From the NCBI GenBank assembly GCA_934096985.1, contig CAKONC010000004.1, positions 67,846-131,845 on the forward strand: a stretch of 64,000 bases of DNA, given 5' to 3'. Under the pieces are notes generated by a model. The model was not told the origin of the DNA. It searched no databases and saw nothing but the letters and a program-made list of their open reading frames with translations. Shown piece after piece: positions 1 to 9,933 of the stretch. Position 1 is the stretch's first letter. Every line of letters begins with the position of its first letter. The DNA is from an uncultured Bacilli bacterium (lineage in GTDB: Bacteria; Bacillota_I; Bacilli_A; RF39; UBA660). The position numbers and the translations under genes are program-made.

Positions 1-420
1 TTTTTGTTTATCAAATCCACTAATTACAAGTTCTGTATTAGATGGACTAGTAACAGTTATTCCGCTTGGGATAATAACATCAATAGTATGTGAATATCCA
101 GCAGATACAACAATTTTATTTCCAGATACACTGAAACGATATCCAACACCTACAGCTTCTAATTCTTTTGTATAACCAGTGCTAACACCAATTAACATAT
201 TATTTATGTTTGAATTAGTTGTACCAGAAAGTACATTTGCTTCTTTTGTATCTTTTGCCATAGTTGTTATGAGTTCGTTACCATCAACAGTAACATTTAC
301 AAGTGGGCTAACTACTAATGAAAGTTCTCCTTTTGGACCTTTTACAGTTATAGTATTGCTTTCATTTTTAACTTCAACACCCTCAGGGATAGTTAGTTTT
401 CTATTTCCAATTCTACTCAT
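1..420 (-). CDS. rplF: 50S ribosomal protein L6, N-terminal 140 codons (gene runs off the window start)
   Basis: Minus-strand translation from ATG at 418..420 reads MSRIGNRKLTIPEGVEVKNE...GYRFSVSGNKIVVSAGYSH, typical L6. It lies after rpsH in spc-operon order. It is open-ended, so it is absent from the ORF track. Confidence 0.9.
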   Translation of the reverse strand, partial: MSRIGNRKLTIPEGVEVKNESNTITVKGPKGELSLVVSPLVNVTVDGNELITTMAKDTKEANVLSGTTNSNINNMLIGVSTGYTKELEAVGVGYRFSVSGNKIVVSAGYSHTIDVIIPSGITVTSPSNTELVISGFDKQK

Positions 421-429
421 AGATTATAC

Positions 430-828
430 TTACCAAATATAGGCAAGTACTTCACCTCCTAACCCATTTTTTCTAGCTTCTTTATCAGTCATTAAGCCTT
501 TAGAAGTAGATATAATTGCAATGCCTAATCCATTTAATACTTTAGGAAGTTTATCTGCAGGAGCATAAACTCTAAGACCTGATTTACTAACTCTTTTAAG
601 ACCTGTTATAACTCTTTCTTTTTTTGCACCGTACTTAAGTGTTAAAACCATTTTATCACCTGTAGTGTTTTTATTATAAGAATAGTCTTCGATATAGCCT
701 TCATCTTTAAGAATTTGAGCTATGCCTTTAGTCATTTTAGTTCCTTCAACTTCAACTTCAGTATATCTCATTTGATTTGCATTTCTTATTCTTGTTAGCA
801 TATCTGCTATTTTATCTTGTACAAACAT
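430..828 (-). CDS. rpsH: 30S ribosomal protein S8
   Basis: [17 protein letters not shown]... is the S8 signature. Start trimmed to the ATG at 826..828, which is preceded by AAGGAGA. The longer ORF would overlap rpsN. Confidence 0.95.
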   Translation of the reverse strand: MFVQDKIADMLTRIRNANQMRYTEVEVEGTKMTKGIAQILKDEGYIEDYSYNKNTTGDKMVLTLKYGAKKERVITGLKRVSKSGLRVYAPADKLPKVLNGLGIAIISTSKGLMTDKEARKNGLGGEVLAYIW

Positions 829-842
829 TATATATCTCCTTT

Positions 843-1028
843 CTACCAACTAGACTTCTTAACGCCTGGAATTTGTCCTTTATTAGCAAGTTCTCTGAAG
901 CAAATACGACATAATCCAAATTTTCTTAGTACACCATGAGGTCTACCACATCTTTTACATCTTGTATAAGCTCTAACTTGAAATTTAGGTTTACGATTAT
1001 TTTTAACAATCATGCTTGTTTTTGCCAT
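843..1028 (-). CDS. rpsN: 30S ribosomal protein S14, type Z (61 aa, zinc-binding CxxC...CxxC)
   Basis: [48 protein letters not shown], the short Zn-ribbon form of S14. Confidence 0.95.
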   Translation of the reverse strand: MAKTSMIVKNNRKPKFQVRAYTRCKRCGRPHGVLRKFGLCRICFRELANKGQIPGVKKSSW

Positions 1029-1039
1029 ATTTTCTCTCC

Positions 1040-1579
1040 TTATCCTCTAAAAGGCATTCCAAATGCTTTTAGTAGTGCACGTGCTTCATCATTAGTGTTG
1101 GCAGTTGTAACAATAACAATATCCATACCTCTAACTTTTAAAACATCGTCATAATTAATTTCTGGAAAAATTAATTGTTCTTTTATACCTAAAGTATAAT
1201 TTCCCTTTCCATCAAAACTTCTTGGTGAAACACCTCTAAAGTCTCTTACACGTGGAAGGGCAATTTTTATTAATTTTTCTAAGAAAGCATACATATTTTC
1301 ACCACGAAGGGTAACTTTTACACCTATAGGTTGACCTTCTCTTAATTTGAAACCAGCTATAGATTTATGAGCTTTAGTAACAACAGGTTTTTGACCACTA
1401 ATTAAAGTTAAATCATTAACTGCAGCATCAATGAATTTTGAATCATTTGATCCTTCACCAACACCCATGTTAATAACAATCTTAGTTATTTTAGGAACTT
1501 GCATTACAGTTGTGTAATTAAATTCTTTCATTAAACTTTGTTTAATTTCTTCATCATATAAAGTTTTAAAATTACTCAT
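1040..1579 (-). CDS. rplE: 50S ribosomal protein L5
   Basis: 179 aa; ...[33 protein letters not shown]... is an L5 motif. spc-operon position. Confidence 0.95.
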   Translation of the reverse strand: MSNFKTLYDEEIKQSLMKEFNYTTVMQVPKITKIVINMGVGEGSNDSKFIDAAVNDLTLISGQKPVVTKAHKSIAGFKLREGQPIGVKVTLRGENMYAFLEKLIKIALPRVRDFRGVSPRSFDGKGNYTLGIKEQLIFPEINYDDVLKVRGMDIVIVTTANTNDEARALLKAFGMPFRG

Positions 1580-1586
1580 AACTCAC

Positions 1587-1886
1587 CTACTTTGCTTCCT
1601 TTTTACTAGCAGTTTTCTTAGTTTCTGCTTTTTTTGCATCTTTTACTTTTGCTTTTTCTTCTTTAGCATTAGTAATAACTTTTACATTAGATACATGAAT
1701 TGGAGCTTCAATATCAAATATTCCGCCCTTATCTTCAGTAGTTCTAGGTTTTGAATGCTTTTTAACAATATTTAAGCCTTCAACGACAACTTTATCTAAT
1801 TTTTTATATGTCTTAATTATTTTGCCTTCTTTTCCTTTATCTTTTCCAGCAATAACTTTAACAGTATCTCCTACTTTAACCTTCAT
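1587..1886 (-). CDS. rplX: 50S ribosomal protein L24 (Lys-rich C-terminal tail)
   Basis: [23 protein letters not shown]... is the KOW motif of L24. Operon position. Confidence 0.95.
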   Translation of the reverse strand: MKVKVGDTVKVIAGKDKGKEGKIIKTYKKLDKVVVEGLNIVKKHSKPRTTEDKGGIFDIEAPIHVSNVKVITNAKEEKAKVKDAKKAETKKTASKKEAK

Positions 1887-1894
1887 ATATCCTC

Positions 1895-2263
1895 CTATAA
1901 TACCTCAGGTGCTAAAGATACAATTTTGTTGTATTCTTTTTCACGAAGTTCTCTAGCTACAGGGCCAAGAACTCTTGTTCCGATAGGAGTTTTATCATCT
2001 TTAATTAAAACGCAAGCATTATCATCAAATTTAATATAACTACCATCTTTTCTTCTAACACCTTGAACTGTTCTTACAACAACAGCCTTAACAACTTTAC
2101 CTTCTTTTACAGGGCTATTAGGTATAGCTTTTTTTACTGTTCCGACTATTACATCACCAATATTAGCACTTTTAACTTTACTTCCACCCATAACACGGAT
2201 AACTAAAAGTTCACGAGCACCGGAATTATCAGCAACTTTTAATCTACTTTCTTGCATTACCAT
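1895..2263 (-). CDS. rplN: 50S ribosomal protein L14
   Basis: [28 protein letters not shown] matches the L14 N-terminus. GGAGG lies 7 nt upstream. Confidence 0.95.
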   Translation of the reverse strand: MVMQESRLKVADNSGARELLVIRVMGGSKVKSANIGDVIVGTVKKAIPNSPVKEGKVVKAVVVRTVQGVRRKDGSYIKFDDNACVLIKDDKTPIGTRVLGPVARELREKEYNKIVSLAPEVL

Positions 2264-2274
2264 AGTTTTGCCTC

Positions 2275-2532
2275 CTATAAAATTACAGCTTTTTCAACAA
2301 CTTGAACTAATTCATATCTTTTAGTTTTAGATAATGGTCTAGTCATTGAAATTCTAACTGTATCTCCTACTTTAGCTTCATTTTTTTCATCATGAGCTGC
2401 ATATTTTTTAGAGTATTTTACTCTTTTACCATATAATGGATGTTTTTTATAAGTTTCAACTAAAACAGTAATAGTTTTATCATTCTTATCACTAACAACT
2501 TTTCCAACTAATTCTTGTTTCTTGTTTTCCAT
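2275..2532 (-). CDS. rpsQ: 30S ribosomal protein S17
   Basis: [37 protein letters not shown]... is typical S17. Confidence 0.95.
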   Translation of the reverse strand: MENKKQELVGKVVSDKNDKTITVLVETYKKHPLYGKRVKYSKKYAAHDEKNEAKVGDTVRISMTRPLSKTKRYELVQVVEKAVIL

Positions 2533-2741
2533 TATTTTTCACCATCCATTTCTTTTTCTTTTAAAATAGTCTTTAATCTAGCTATTTCTCTACGAAGATT
2601 TCTTAGAACAACAGGTTTTTCTAAAGTTCCAGAAGATTGAGCCATTCTGTTTCTGAAAAGTTCTTCTTTATCTTCTTTAATTTTTTTAATAATGTCTTCT
2701 TTTGACATTTTTCTTATTTCATTAATTTCCAAGAGTTTCAC
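2532..2741 (-). CDS. rpmC: 50S ribosomal protein L29
   Basis: 69 aa; ...[28 protein letters not shown]... L29 pattern. Lies between rplP and rpsQ. Confidence 0.9.
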   Translation of the reverse strand: MKLLEINEIRKMSKEDIIKKIKEDKEELFRNRMAQSSGTLEKPVVLRNLRREIARLKTILKEKEMDGEK

Positions 2742-3147
2742 TCTCCTTCATAACAAATTTTGTTTTGATTGGAAGTTTATGTGAAGCAAGTCTTAAAGCT
2801 TCCCTAGCTATTTCTTCAGAAACATCACTTATTTCGAACATGATTTTTCCTTCTTTAACTACTGCTACCCATTCTTCAACATTACCTTTACCTTTACCTT
2901 GTCTAGTTTCTAAAGGTTTTCTAGTTCTAGGCATATGAGGGAAAATGTTAATATAAACTTTTCCTCCCCTTTTCATATAACGAGTCATAGCAATACGAGC
3001 GGCTTCAATTTGACGAGCAGATATCCATCCACCTTCCATTGCCATTAAACCAAATTCACCATTAGTTAGAGTAAGATTACCTTTTGCTTTGCCTTCGTAA
3101 CTTAATCTATGACTTTTACGATATTTAGTTCTTTTTGGCATTAACAT
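2722..3147 (-). CDS. rplP: 50S ribosomal protein L16
   Basis: [23 protein letters not shown]... is the L16 N-terminus. Confidence 0.95.
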   Translation of the reverse strand: MLMPKRTKYRKSHRLSYEGKAKGNLTLTNGEFGLMAMEGGWISARQIEAARIAMTRYMKRGGKVYINIFPHMPRTRKPLETRQGKGKGNVEEWVAVVKEGKIMFEISDVSEEIAREALRLASHKLPIKTKFVMKESETLGN

Positions 3148-3802
3148 TTTTCATCTCTCCCTTCTTGGTATTTTTAGTTTTTAGTATTTCATCTTTATAA
3201 ATCCATACTTTAACTCCAATTTTTCCATAAATTGTATTTGCTTCACTAACTGCATAATCAACGTCAGCTCTAATTGTATGAAGAGGCACAGTACCTTCAG
3301 TATAACCTTCAGTTCTAGCCATTTCAGCGCCACCAAGTCTTCCTGAAACAGCAGTTTTAATACCTTTTGCTCCAGCTTTCATTGTATTTCTAATAGCTCT
3401 TTTTTGTACGCTTCTAAAAGGAGCTCTGTTTTCAATTTGCATTGCAATATTGTCAGCAACTAGTTGAGCATTTAAATCAGGATTTTTTTCTTCAACAATG
3501 TTAATGTATACATCTTCATTAACAAGTTTTGAAATTTTCTTTCTTAATTTTTCAATATCTTCACCACCACGGCCAATTATAACACCTGGTCTTGCAGTAA
3601 AGATTGTTAATTCAACTTTATTTTTTCTTCTTTCAATAACTACTTTTGATATTGAAGCACTTTTAAGATTCTTTTCAATATATTCTCTTATTTTGATATC
3701 ATTGATTAATTTATCAGAATAATCTTTTTCAGCATACCATCTAGAATCCCAATCTTTATTAACACCAATACGATATCCTATAGGATTTACTTTTTGACCC
3801 AT
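3125..3802 (-). CDS. rpsC: 30S ribosomal protein S3
   Basis: [24 protein letters not shown]... is the S3 signature. Confidence 0.95.
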   Translation of the reverse strand: MGQKVNPIGYRIGVNKDWDSRWYAEKDYSDKLINDIKIREYIEKNLKSASISKVVIERRKNKVELTIFTARPGVIIGRGGEDIEKLRKKISKLVNEDVYINIVEEKNPDLNAQLVADNIAMQIENRAPFRSVQKRAIRNTMKAGAKGIKTAVSGRLGGAEMARTEGYTEGTVPLHTIRADVDYAVSEANTIYGKIGVKVWIYKDEILKTKNTKKGEMKNVNAKKN

Positions 3803-3803
3803 A

Positions 3804-4151
3804 CTATTTTGTTTCCTCCTTATTATCTGTTACATATACAACAATATGACTTGTTCTTTTATCATGTCTATCAACATTTCCACGAGATGCAAATTGGATT
3901 CTTTTATAAATAGGTCCTGGATTAATAAAGCATTTACTTATTACTAAATCTTTTTCGTTTGCACCATTATTATTAACAGCATTTGCAACTGCAGAATTTA
4001 AAACCTTTAAAATAAGTGAACTTGCTTTTGTATTTGTATTTTCTAAAATTCCTCTAGCTGTTTCAACATCTTTTCCACGAATTAAATCCATAGTCATTCT
4101 AGCAAGTCTAGGTTTAATCATTGCAGTATTATGTTTTGCATAAGTTTCCAT
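3804..4151 (-). CDS. rplV: 50S ribosomal protein L22
   Basis: 115 aa; ...[24 protein letters not shown]... L22 pattern. Confidence 0.95.
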   Translation of the reverse strand: METYAKHNTAMIKPRLARMTMDLIRGKDVETARGILENTNTKASSLILKVLNSAVANAVNNNGANEKDLVISKCFINPGPIYKRIQFASRGNVDRHDKRTSHIVVYVTDNKEETK

Positions 4152-4159
4152 TTTACCTC

Positions 4160-4423
4160 CTATTTATTTCCAGCATGGCCAGTAAATTTACGTGTTTGAG
4201 AAAATTCTCCTAATTTATGACCAACCATTTCTTCAGTAATATAAACTGGAATAAAATCTTTACCATTATGAACTGCAATTGTATGTCCTACAAATTCAGG
4301 ATAAATAGTACTTCTTCTTGACCAAGTTTTAACAACTGATTTTTTATTATCTTCATTTAATTTTTTAATTTTTTTCATGATGCTATCATCAACGAAAGCA
4401 CCTTTCTTTAAACTTCTTGCCAT
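4160..4423 (-). CDS. rpsS: 30S ribosomal protein S19
   Basis: [19 protein letters not shown]...[23 protein letters not shown] is S19. Confidence 0.95.
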   Translation of the reverse strand: MARSLKKGAFVDDSIMKKIKKLNEDNKKSVVKTWSRRSTIYPEFVGHTIAVHNGKDFIPVYITEEMVGHKLGEFSQTRKFTGHAGNK

Positions 4424-4431
4424 TTTTCCTC

Positions 4432-5262
4432 CTATTTAGTCTTCCTACTTATAATAAGTTTGCTAGATGCCTTTTTAGGTTTTCTAGTTTTAACGCCAAG
4501 AGCAGGTTTACCCCAAGGAGTCATTGGACTCTTTCTACCAATTGGAGCACGTCCTTCTCCACCACCATGAGGGTGATCGTTAGGATTCATAACAGAACCA
4601 CGGTTAGTAGGTCTAATTCCTAGATATCTAGTTCTACCAGCTTTACCTAAATTAACAAGATTTGCATCTTCATTTCCAACTACACCAATAGTTGCAATAC
4701 ATCTATCAAGAATCTTTCTTGTTTCTCCAGATTGAAGTCTAACTAAAACATATTTATCTTCTCTACCTAGAATTTGAGCAGATGCTCCTGCACTACGACA
4801 AATTTCAGCGCCTTTGCCAGGTTTTAATTCAATACAATGAACTAAAGTTCCAACTGGAATATTTTTTAAAGGTAATGCATTACCAACTTTAATATCAGCG
4901 TTTTCACCATTTTCAATAATTGCACCAACTTTTAAATCTTTAGGAGCAATAATATATCTTTTTTCTCCATCTTTATAATTAATTAATGCAATATTTGCTG
5001 TTCTATTTGGATCATATTCGATAGTAGCAACTCTACCAGTAACGCCAACTTTATCTCTCTTATAATCAATAATACGATATTTTCTTTTTGCACCGCCACC
5101 AATATGTCTAACGGTCATTTTGCCTTGGTTATTTCTTCCACCAGATTTTTTTACTTTTGCAAGTAAGCCTTTAGTAGGAGTTTTTGTAGTTATTTCTTCA
5201 TTTGCAAGAGTACTCATGCCTCTTCTACCATTTGTAACTGGTTTATAATGTCTTATTGCCAT
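4432..5262 (-). CDS. rplB: 50S ribosomal protein L2
   Basis: [17 protein letters not shown]...[13 protein letters not shown] are L2 motifs. Confidence 0.95.
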   Translation of the reverse strand: MAIRHYKPVTNGRRGMSTLANEEITTKTPTKGLLAKVKKSGGRNNQGKMTVRHIGGGAKRKYRIIDYKRDKVGVTGRVATIEYDPNRTANIALINYKDGEKRYIIAPKDLKVGAIIENGENADIKVGNALPLKNIPVGTLVHCIELKPGKGAEICRSAGASAQILGREDKYVLVRLQSGETRKILDRCIATIGVVGNEDANLVNLGKAGRTRYLGIRPTNRGSVMNPNDHPHGGGEGRAPIGRKSPMTPWGKPALGVKTRKPKKASSKLIISRKTK

Positions 5263-5277
5263 AATTTCTCCTTTCTA

Positions 5278-5553
5278 CTAAAGTTCTATAGAAGAACCAT
5301 CTTTAAGTGTAACGATTGCTTTTTTATATGTTTTTGTTCTTCCTTGATACTTTCCAACTCTTCTTTTTTTAGATTTAGTGTTTAGAGTATTAACACTTTT
5401 AACTTGAACATTAAATGCTTCTTCTACAGCTTTTTTAATTTCAGTTTTATTAGCATCCTTGGCTACTTTAAATGTATAAACATTTTCATTTCTAAGTGTC
5501 ATAGTTTTTTCAGTAACTACTGGAGCTATTATAATATCAGAATAATGTTTCAT
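5278..5553 (-). CDS. rplW: 50S ribosomal protein L23
   Basis: 91 aa; ...IIAPVVTEKTMTLRNENVYTFKVAKDANKTEIKKAVE... is L23. Confidence 0.9.
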   Translation of the reverse strand: MKHYSDIIIAPVVTEKTMTLRNENVYTFKVAKDANKTEIKKAVEEAFNVQVKSVNTLNTKSKKRRVGKYQGRTKTYKKAIVTLKDGSSIEL

Positions 5554-6176
5554 TAATTAAGAGCCTCCTCTACCATTTTAATGCTAGTTTCATCAAATAC
5601 AATGTAATCAGCATTTAATATATCATATACGTTGATTTCATCTGGAAATAATACAAGTACATTATCCAAATTTCTAGTTGACATATATAAATTTTCTGCA
5701 TCTTCTGATGCTATGAATAAAATTTTGCCAGTTAATTTTAAATTATTTAATAATTCAATTCCTGTTTTAGTCTTTAAATCATTAAGTTTTAAACTATCAA
5801 CTACAATTAATTTCTTTTCATTTAATTTACTAGTTAAAGCACTTTTTAATGCTAAAACTCTTTCTTTACGATTAATTTTAAATGTATAATCTCTAGGAGT
5901 TGGTCCAAATACAATTCCACCCTTTCTCCATTGAGCAGCACGTATAGAACCTTGTCTTGCTCTACCAGTACCCTTTTGTTTCCATGGTTTTCTTCCGCCA
6001 CCAGATACTTCACTTCTAGTTTTTGTTTTAGCAGTTCCTTGTCTTGAAGCATCAAGTTGAAGTCTAACCATTTTTTTCATAGCAAGATCATTAACTTCAA
6101 TTCCAAATACTTTAGAATTTAGTGTAATGTCATTTACTTTTTCGCCTTTTAAATTATTAATACTTATCTTTGTCAT
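5553..6176 (-). CDS. rplD: 50S ribosomal protein L4
   Basis: 207 aa; ...SGGGRKPWKQKGTGRARQGSIRAAQWRKGG... is the L4 motif. Confidence 0.95.
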   Translation of the reverse strand: MTKISINNLKGEKVNDITLNSKVFGIEVNDLAMKKMVRLQLDASRQGTAKTKTRSEVSGGGRKPWKQKGTGRARQGSIRAAQWRKGGIVFGPTPRDYTFKINRKERVLALKSALTSKLNEKKLIVVDSLKLNDLKTKTGIELLNNLKLTGKILFIASEDAENLYMSTRNLDNVLVLFPDEINVYDILNADYIVFDETSIKMVEEALN

Positions 6177-6196
6177 TTTTATCCTCCTTTAAAAGA

Positions 6197-6925
6197 CTAC
6201 TTGTCTTCCTTTACAACTTCATTAGTTTCAGTAGTAATTTCTTCAACTACGTCAGCAACTGCTTCTGGTTCATAAGAAATAATTTCTTTTGGATTCATTT
6301 TCTTGTTACCTTTAACTGCAGTTCTAATTAAAATTAATGAATTTTTTGCACCAGGTACATTTCCACTTATCAAAATATAATTTTCATTTTTATTTGCTTC
6401 AATTACCTCAAGGTTTTGAATTGTAACTGTTTCAACACCCATGTGTCCAGCTAATTTTTTACCTTTAAGAACTCTTTTAGGAAGCATTGTTCCAAGAGAT
6501 CCTGGTCTTCTATGATAATGTGAACCATGTCCCATAGGTCCTCTAGATTGATTGTGTCTTTTAATAACACCTGCAAATCCTTTTCCTTTAGTAGTTCCAG
6601 TTACATCAACTATTTCTCCTACTGTAAATAAATCTGCAGCAATCTCATCTCCTACATTATAAGAGCCTTCAAAATCTCTTATTTCTTTTAAGAAGCGCTT
6701 AGGAGTTGTATTTGCTTTTTTTGCACTTCCGATTTCAGCCTTAGTGGCTCTAGATTCTTTTTTGTCAATAGCGCCAAGTTGAATTGCATTATAACCATCT
6801 TTTTCAACAGTTTTAATTTGCATTACTTTATTAGGTAAAACTTCAATAACTGTAACAGGTAAAAGTCTTCCTTCTTTAGTAAATACGCTAGTCATTCCAA
6901 CTTTACGTCCTAAGATTCCTTTCAT
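6197..6925 (-). CDS. rplC: 50S ribosomal protein L3 (with about 30-aa acidic C-terminal extension)
   Basis: [29 protein letters not shown]... is L3. The tail ...[24 protein letters not shown] extends beyond the usual end. Confidence 0.95.
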   Translation of the reverse strand: MKGILGRKVGMTSVFTKEGRLLPVTVIEVLPNKVMQIKTVEKDGYNAIQLGAIDKKESRATKAEIGSAKKANTTPKRFLKEIRDFEGSYNVGDEIAADLFTVGEIVDVTGTTKGKGFAGVIKRHNQSRGPMGHGSHYHRRPGSLGTMLPKRVLKGKKLAGHMGVETVTIQNLEVIEANKNENYILISGNVPGAKNSLILIRTAVKGNKKMNPKEIISYEPEAVADVVEEITTETNEVVKEDK

Positions 6926-6945
6926 TTTTTCTTTCCTTCCTTTTC

Positions 6946-7254
6946 TTATAATTTAATATTGATTTGTACGCCACTTGGTAAATCTAAATGAGTAAGCGCA
7001 TCAACTGTTTCTTTGCTTGGATTTTTAATATCTATAAGTCTCTTGTGAGTTCTTCTTTCAAATTGTTCACGAGAATCTTTATATTTATGTACAGCTCTTA
7101 ATACTGTAAATTTTTCAATTTCAGTAGGTAGAGGTACAGGGCCAGATATTTCTCCTCCAGTTCTTTTTACTGTTTCACATATTTTTCCAGCAGCTACATC
7201 AAGTATTCTATGGTCATATGCTTTTAAAGTAATACGAATTTCTTGCTTTGCCAT
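6946..7254 (-). CDS. rpsJ: 30S ribosomal protein S10
   Basis: [19 protein letters not shown]... is S10. Start trimmed to the ATG preceded by GAAAGGAGAA. The 20-codon upstream extension of the ORF has no homology logic. Confidence 0.95.
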   Translation of the reverse strand: MAKQEIRITLKAYDHRILDVAAGKICETVKRTGGEISGPVPLPTEIEKFTVLRAVHKYKDSREQFERRTHKRLIDIKNPSKETVDALTHLDLPSGVQINIKL

Positions 7255-7441
7255 ATTTTTTGTTCTCCTTTCGTCTATATTTAAATATAGGCTTGCTCCG
7301 CACAAATTACCCAATGCTCAAGAAATATATTTACCAACTATTCCTAGTGTATCAGCAACCTTGCACATCACAGCAGTCATACAAAATCAATGATAACACA
7401 TATTTATGCGGAATTGCAAGTCTTTTTTTGCTATTTATAAA

Positions 7442-7467
7442 TAAAAAAAGCAATTTTTTAAATTGCC
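7442..7467 (-). terminator. Putative intrinsic terminator at the gpmI stop
   Basis: Minus-strand GCAATTT-AAAA-AATTGC hairpin followed by a U-run. The stem is AT-rich and short. Confidence 0.5.
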
Positions 7468-8969
7468 TTCTTATCTTTAAGGATTAAAGATTCTCCTGTC
7501 ATTTCTTCAGGTATAGAAATATCCATATAATCAAGTATTGTTGGAGCAACATTTGTTAAATCTCCTTCTTCTTTTAACTTCAATTTATCATCATTTATAA
7601 CAAATGGCACATCTGATAAACTATGAGTTGTACATACACTGCCATCTGCATTTATCATTGTATCAGCATTTCCATGATCAGCAAGTAAAACGATAGTATA
7701 GAAATTGTCTTCAGCGGCCTGAACTATTTTGCTAAAGCAAATATCAACTGCCATACATGCTTTTGTTGCTGCATCCATGCTGCCAGTATGTCCAACCATA
7801 TCTGGATTTGCAAAATTCACTAAAATAAAATCATAATCTTGCTCCATACATGTAATTACCTTTTTAGTTACACTAACAGCACTCATTTCTGGTTTTAAAT
7901 CATACGTTGCAACATCAGGAGAAGGAATATGAAATTTATCTGTTCCTTGAAGTTTGCCTTCGTAACCTTCATCAAAAAAGTAAGTAACATGTGGATATTT
8001 TTCACTTTCTGCTATTCTAGCTTGAGTTAACCCAAGTTTTGAAAAATAAATTCCTAAGCTATTTTCAACTTTAGGTTCCCCTATTAAAACGTTTGCATTT
8101 ATTGCTTTATCATGATTAAAGAAAGTGAATAGTTCTACACCTAATGTATCAATTGTTGGAAATTCATTAAATTTCTGATTCGTTAATGCAAGTAATATTT
8201 GTTTACTTCTGTCAGTTCTATAATTCATCCAAAATAAAATATCATTATTTTTAATTAAACCATTATGATCTAAAAGCATTGGTTTAAGGAATTCATCTGT
8301 AACTCCTTTTTCATAACTTGCATTTATTGCAGCTTGAGCGTTTAATATTTCTACCGAACTTCCTTTAGTTATTAAATCATAATAAAGCTTAGTTCTATCA
8401 TAATTTTCATCTCTATCCATTGCATAATATCTTCCACATATTGTAGCAATTGAGCCAACTTTATTTTTTTTAATAAGAGATTCAATCATAGATATATATT
8501 TATAAGAAGATTGTGTATCAGTATCTCTTCCATCAGTGATTAAATGAAAATAAATTTCTTTAAAACCTAGTTTAACTAAATAATTATATAAATTAATAAA
8601 ATCATCAATGCCTGCATGAACGTTGCCATCACTTGCTAAACCCATGATATGAACTCTTTTATTTAAATTATTTTTTAGATTAACAAAAGCTTCATTATCA
8701 CATGTATCCAAATTTTCTAGAAATTTATCTGTTAAAACTTCTCTAGAATAAATTCTTCTTCCAGCACCAATTGTCATATGACCAATCTCACTATTGCCAA
8801 ATTGGCCATCATATAAACCAACATAGTGTCCACTAGCATGTAATGTTGAATGAGGATATTTATTATAAAACTCATTAAAGTTCACCATATTGGCCTTTTT
8901 TATAGCATTACCATCCTCATCATTTCGAATGCCAAATCCATCAAATATAATTGTTAATAACTTTTTCAT
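7458..8969 (-). CDS. gpmI: 2,3-bisphosphoglycerate-independent phosphoglycerate mutase
   Basis: About 503 aa; MKKLLTIIFDGFG...GNSEIGHMTIGAGR...ADHGNAD are iPGM motifs. Start trimmed to the second Met cluster (8969). Confidence 0.9.
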   Translation of the reverse strand: MKKLLTIIFDGFGIRNDEDGNAIKKANMVNFNEFYNKYPHSTLHASGHYVGLYDGQFGNSEIGHMTIGAGRRIYSREVLTDKFLENLDTCDNEAFVNLKNNLNKRVHIMGLASDGNVHAGIDDFINLYNYLVKLGFKEIYFHLITDGRDTDTQSSYKYISMIESLIKKNKVGSIATICGRYYAMDRDENYDRTKLYYDLITKGSSVEILNAQAAINASYEKGVTDEFLKPMLLDHNGLIKNNDILFWMNYRTDRSKQILLALTNQKFNEFPTIDTLGVELFTFFNHDKAINANVLIGEPKVENSLGIYFSKLGLTQARIAESEKYPHVTYFFDEGYEGKLQGTDKFHIPSPDVATYDLKPEMSAVSVTKKVITCMEQDYDFILVNFANPDMVGHTGSMDAATKACMAVDICFSKIVQAAEDNFYTIVLLADHGNADTMINADGSVCTTHSLSDVPFVINDDKLKLKEEGDLTNVAPTILDYMDISIPEEMTGESLILKDKKAI

Positions 8970-9035
8970 AAAATCAATTCTTTCTAAAAAAATGATATCA
9001 CATACTAACATTTTTTTCAATTATATTAAAATTTG

Positions 9036-9064
9036 ACAAAAAAAAATTACATTTTAGTAATTTT
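9036..9064 (-). terminator. Putative intrinsic terminator directly after spo0A
   Basis: Minus-strand AAATTAC-TAAAAT-GTAATTT hairpin followed by a run of U. Confidence 0.55.
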
Positions 9065-9065
9065 C

Positions 9066-9815
9066 TTAAAAAGGTTTATTATCTAATTTAATACGATCTG
9101 CAATTGTAGTTAAAAACTCTGAATTTGTAGGTTTTGACTTATCACAGCTTACACTAAATCCAAATAGTTCTTCCATAAGGTTAATATCTCCCCTAATCCA
9201 GCTTACTTCTATTGCATGTCTTATAGCTCTTTCAACTCTAGATGGGGTAGTTTCATATTTTAAAGCAATCTGAGGATAAATTTCTTTAGTAACTAGTGAA
9301 ACGGAATCATTATTAAAAATAAGCATTATTCCGTCTCTAATATATTTATATCCTCTTATATGTGAGGGTATGCCTAGATTATGTAATAATTGACTTACCT
9401 CTAAATCTAAACTATTATTTTTAAACAGTAAAGTTTTATTTTCATAAGTTTCATTTATTTTTTTCTCTAATGAAATGATACTATATGGCTTAATTAAATA
9501 ATAAGAAATATTATATGTATTGCAATCATTTATTAGTTTTGTATCTTTATAATTTGATGTAACTATACATTTTAAATTGATACCTCTTGATTTAATTTCC
9601 TCTAATAAAGTTGCTCCATCCATTCTTGGAACTAATAATTCAAGAATTAATAAATCAATGCTATCCTTATGATTTATTATATATTCTAAGGCTTCCTCAC
9701 CATTTGAAAATGATGCTACCACTTTAATATTCTCATTATTACTAAAATGATTCTTTAGGTTATTTACGGCTACTACATTATCATCTACAATTATTGTGCG
9801 TATGCTATTTTTCAT
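9066..9815 (-). CDS. spo0A: Sporulation master regulator Spo0A (receiver + Spo0A_C domain) with Glu at the phospho-acceptor position
   Basis: The C-terminal [16 protein letters not shown]...[20 protein letters not shown]...[17 protein letters not shown] matches the B. subtilis Spo0A effector domain nearly motif for motif. The receiver has IIVDDN and LIKPY, but [14 protein letters not shown] where DVLVLDIIMPHLDG is expected. Confidence 0.85.
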   Translation of the reverse strand: [249 protein letters not shown]

Positions 9816-9921
9816 GTTTCCTCTTTCCTATAAATTACCGCCACACAACTAGATAATATACCATATTCATACAAAAAGCAAGTAAATATTTTGTAAATAT
9901 ATGACTATTTACGTAAATTTT

Positions 9922-9928
9922 TGTCGAA
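9922..9928 (+). promoter_or_regulatory. Candidate Spo0A box (TGTCGAA) in the spo0A upstream region
   Basis: Exact 0A-box heptamer inside TTTTTGTCGAATTATGGCA (9918..9936). It lies about 105 nt upstream of the spo0A start and just past the pgk terminator. Confidence 0.5.
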
Positions 9929-9933
9929 TTATG

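Noticed and set aside
179-442. Plus-strand 87-aa ORF and the many similar antisense or off-frame ORFs in the track (for example 936..1154, 3498..3722, 4417..4623, 5632..5889, 5852..6055, 10228..10434, 12384..12779, 32126..32476, 36364..36774, 49081..49390).
   Set aside because: Each lies entirely inside a well-supported housekeeping gene on the other strand or in another frame. They have low-complexity Leu/Ile/Phe/Ser-rich translations typical of shadow ORFs in AT-rich DNA, and they lack an RBS.
7255-7314. N-terminal extensions in the ORF track (rpsJ, rpsH, gpmI, yabP, SDR, 3D-domain protein, dut, ybaB, tadA, mnmG, rpoE, spoIIR, rpmE, clpP).
   Set aside because: In each case an internal ATG with a good Shine-Dalgarno sequence reproduces the conserved family N-terminus. 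The extension either overlaps the upstream gene or RNA, or has no homology logic.
9066-9815. A 249-aa ORF between pgk and gpmI, initially expected to be tpiA because of its position and near-identical length.
   Set aside because: The translation has no TIM-barrel motifs and matches Spo0A receiver and effector domains throughout.
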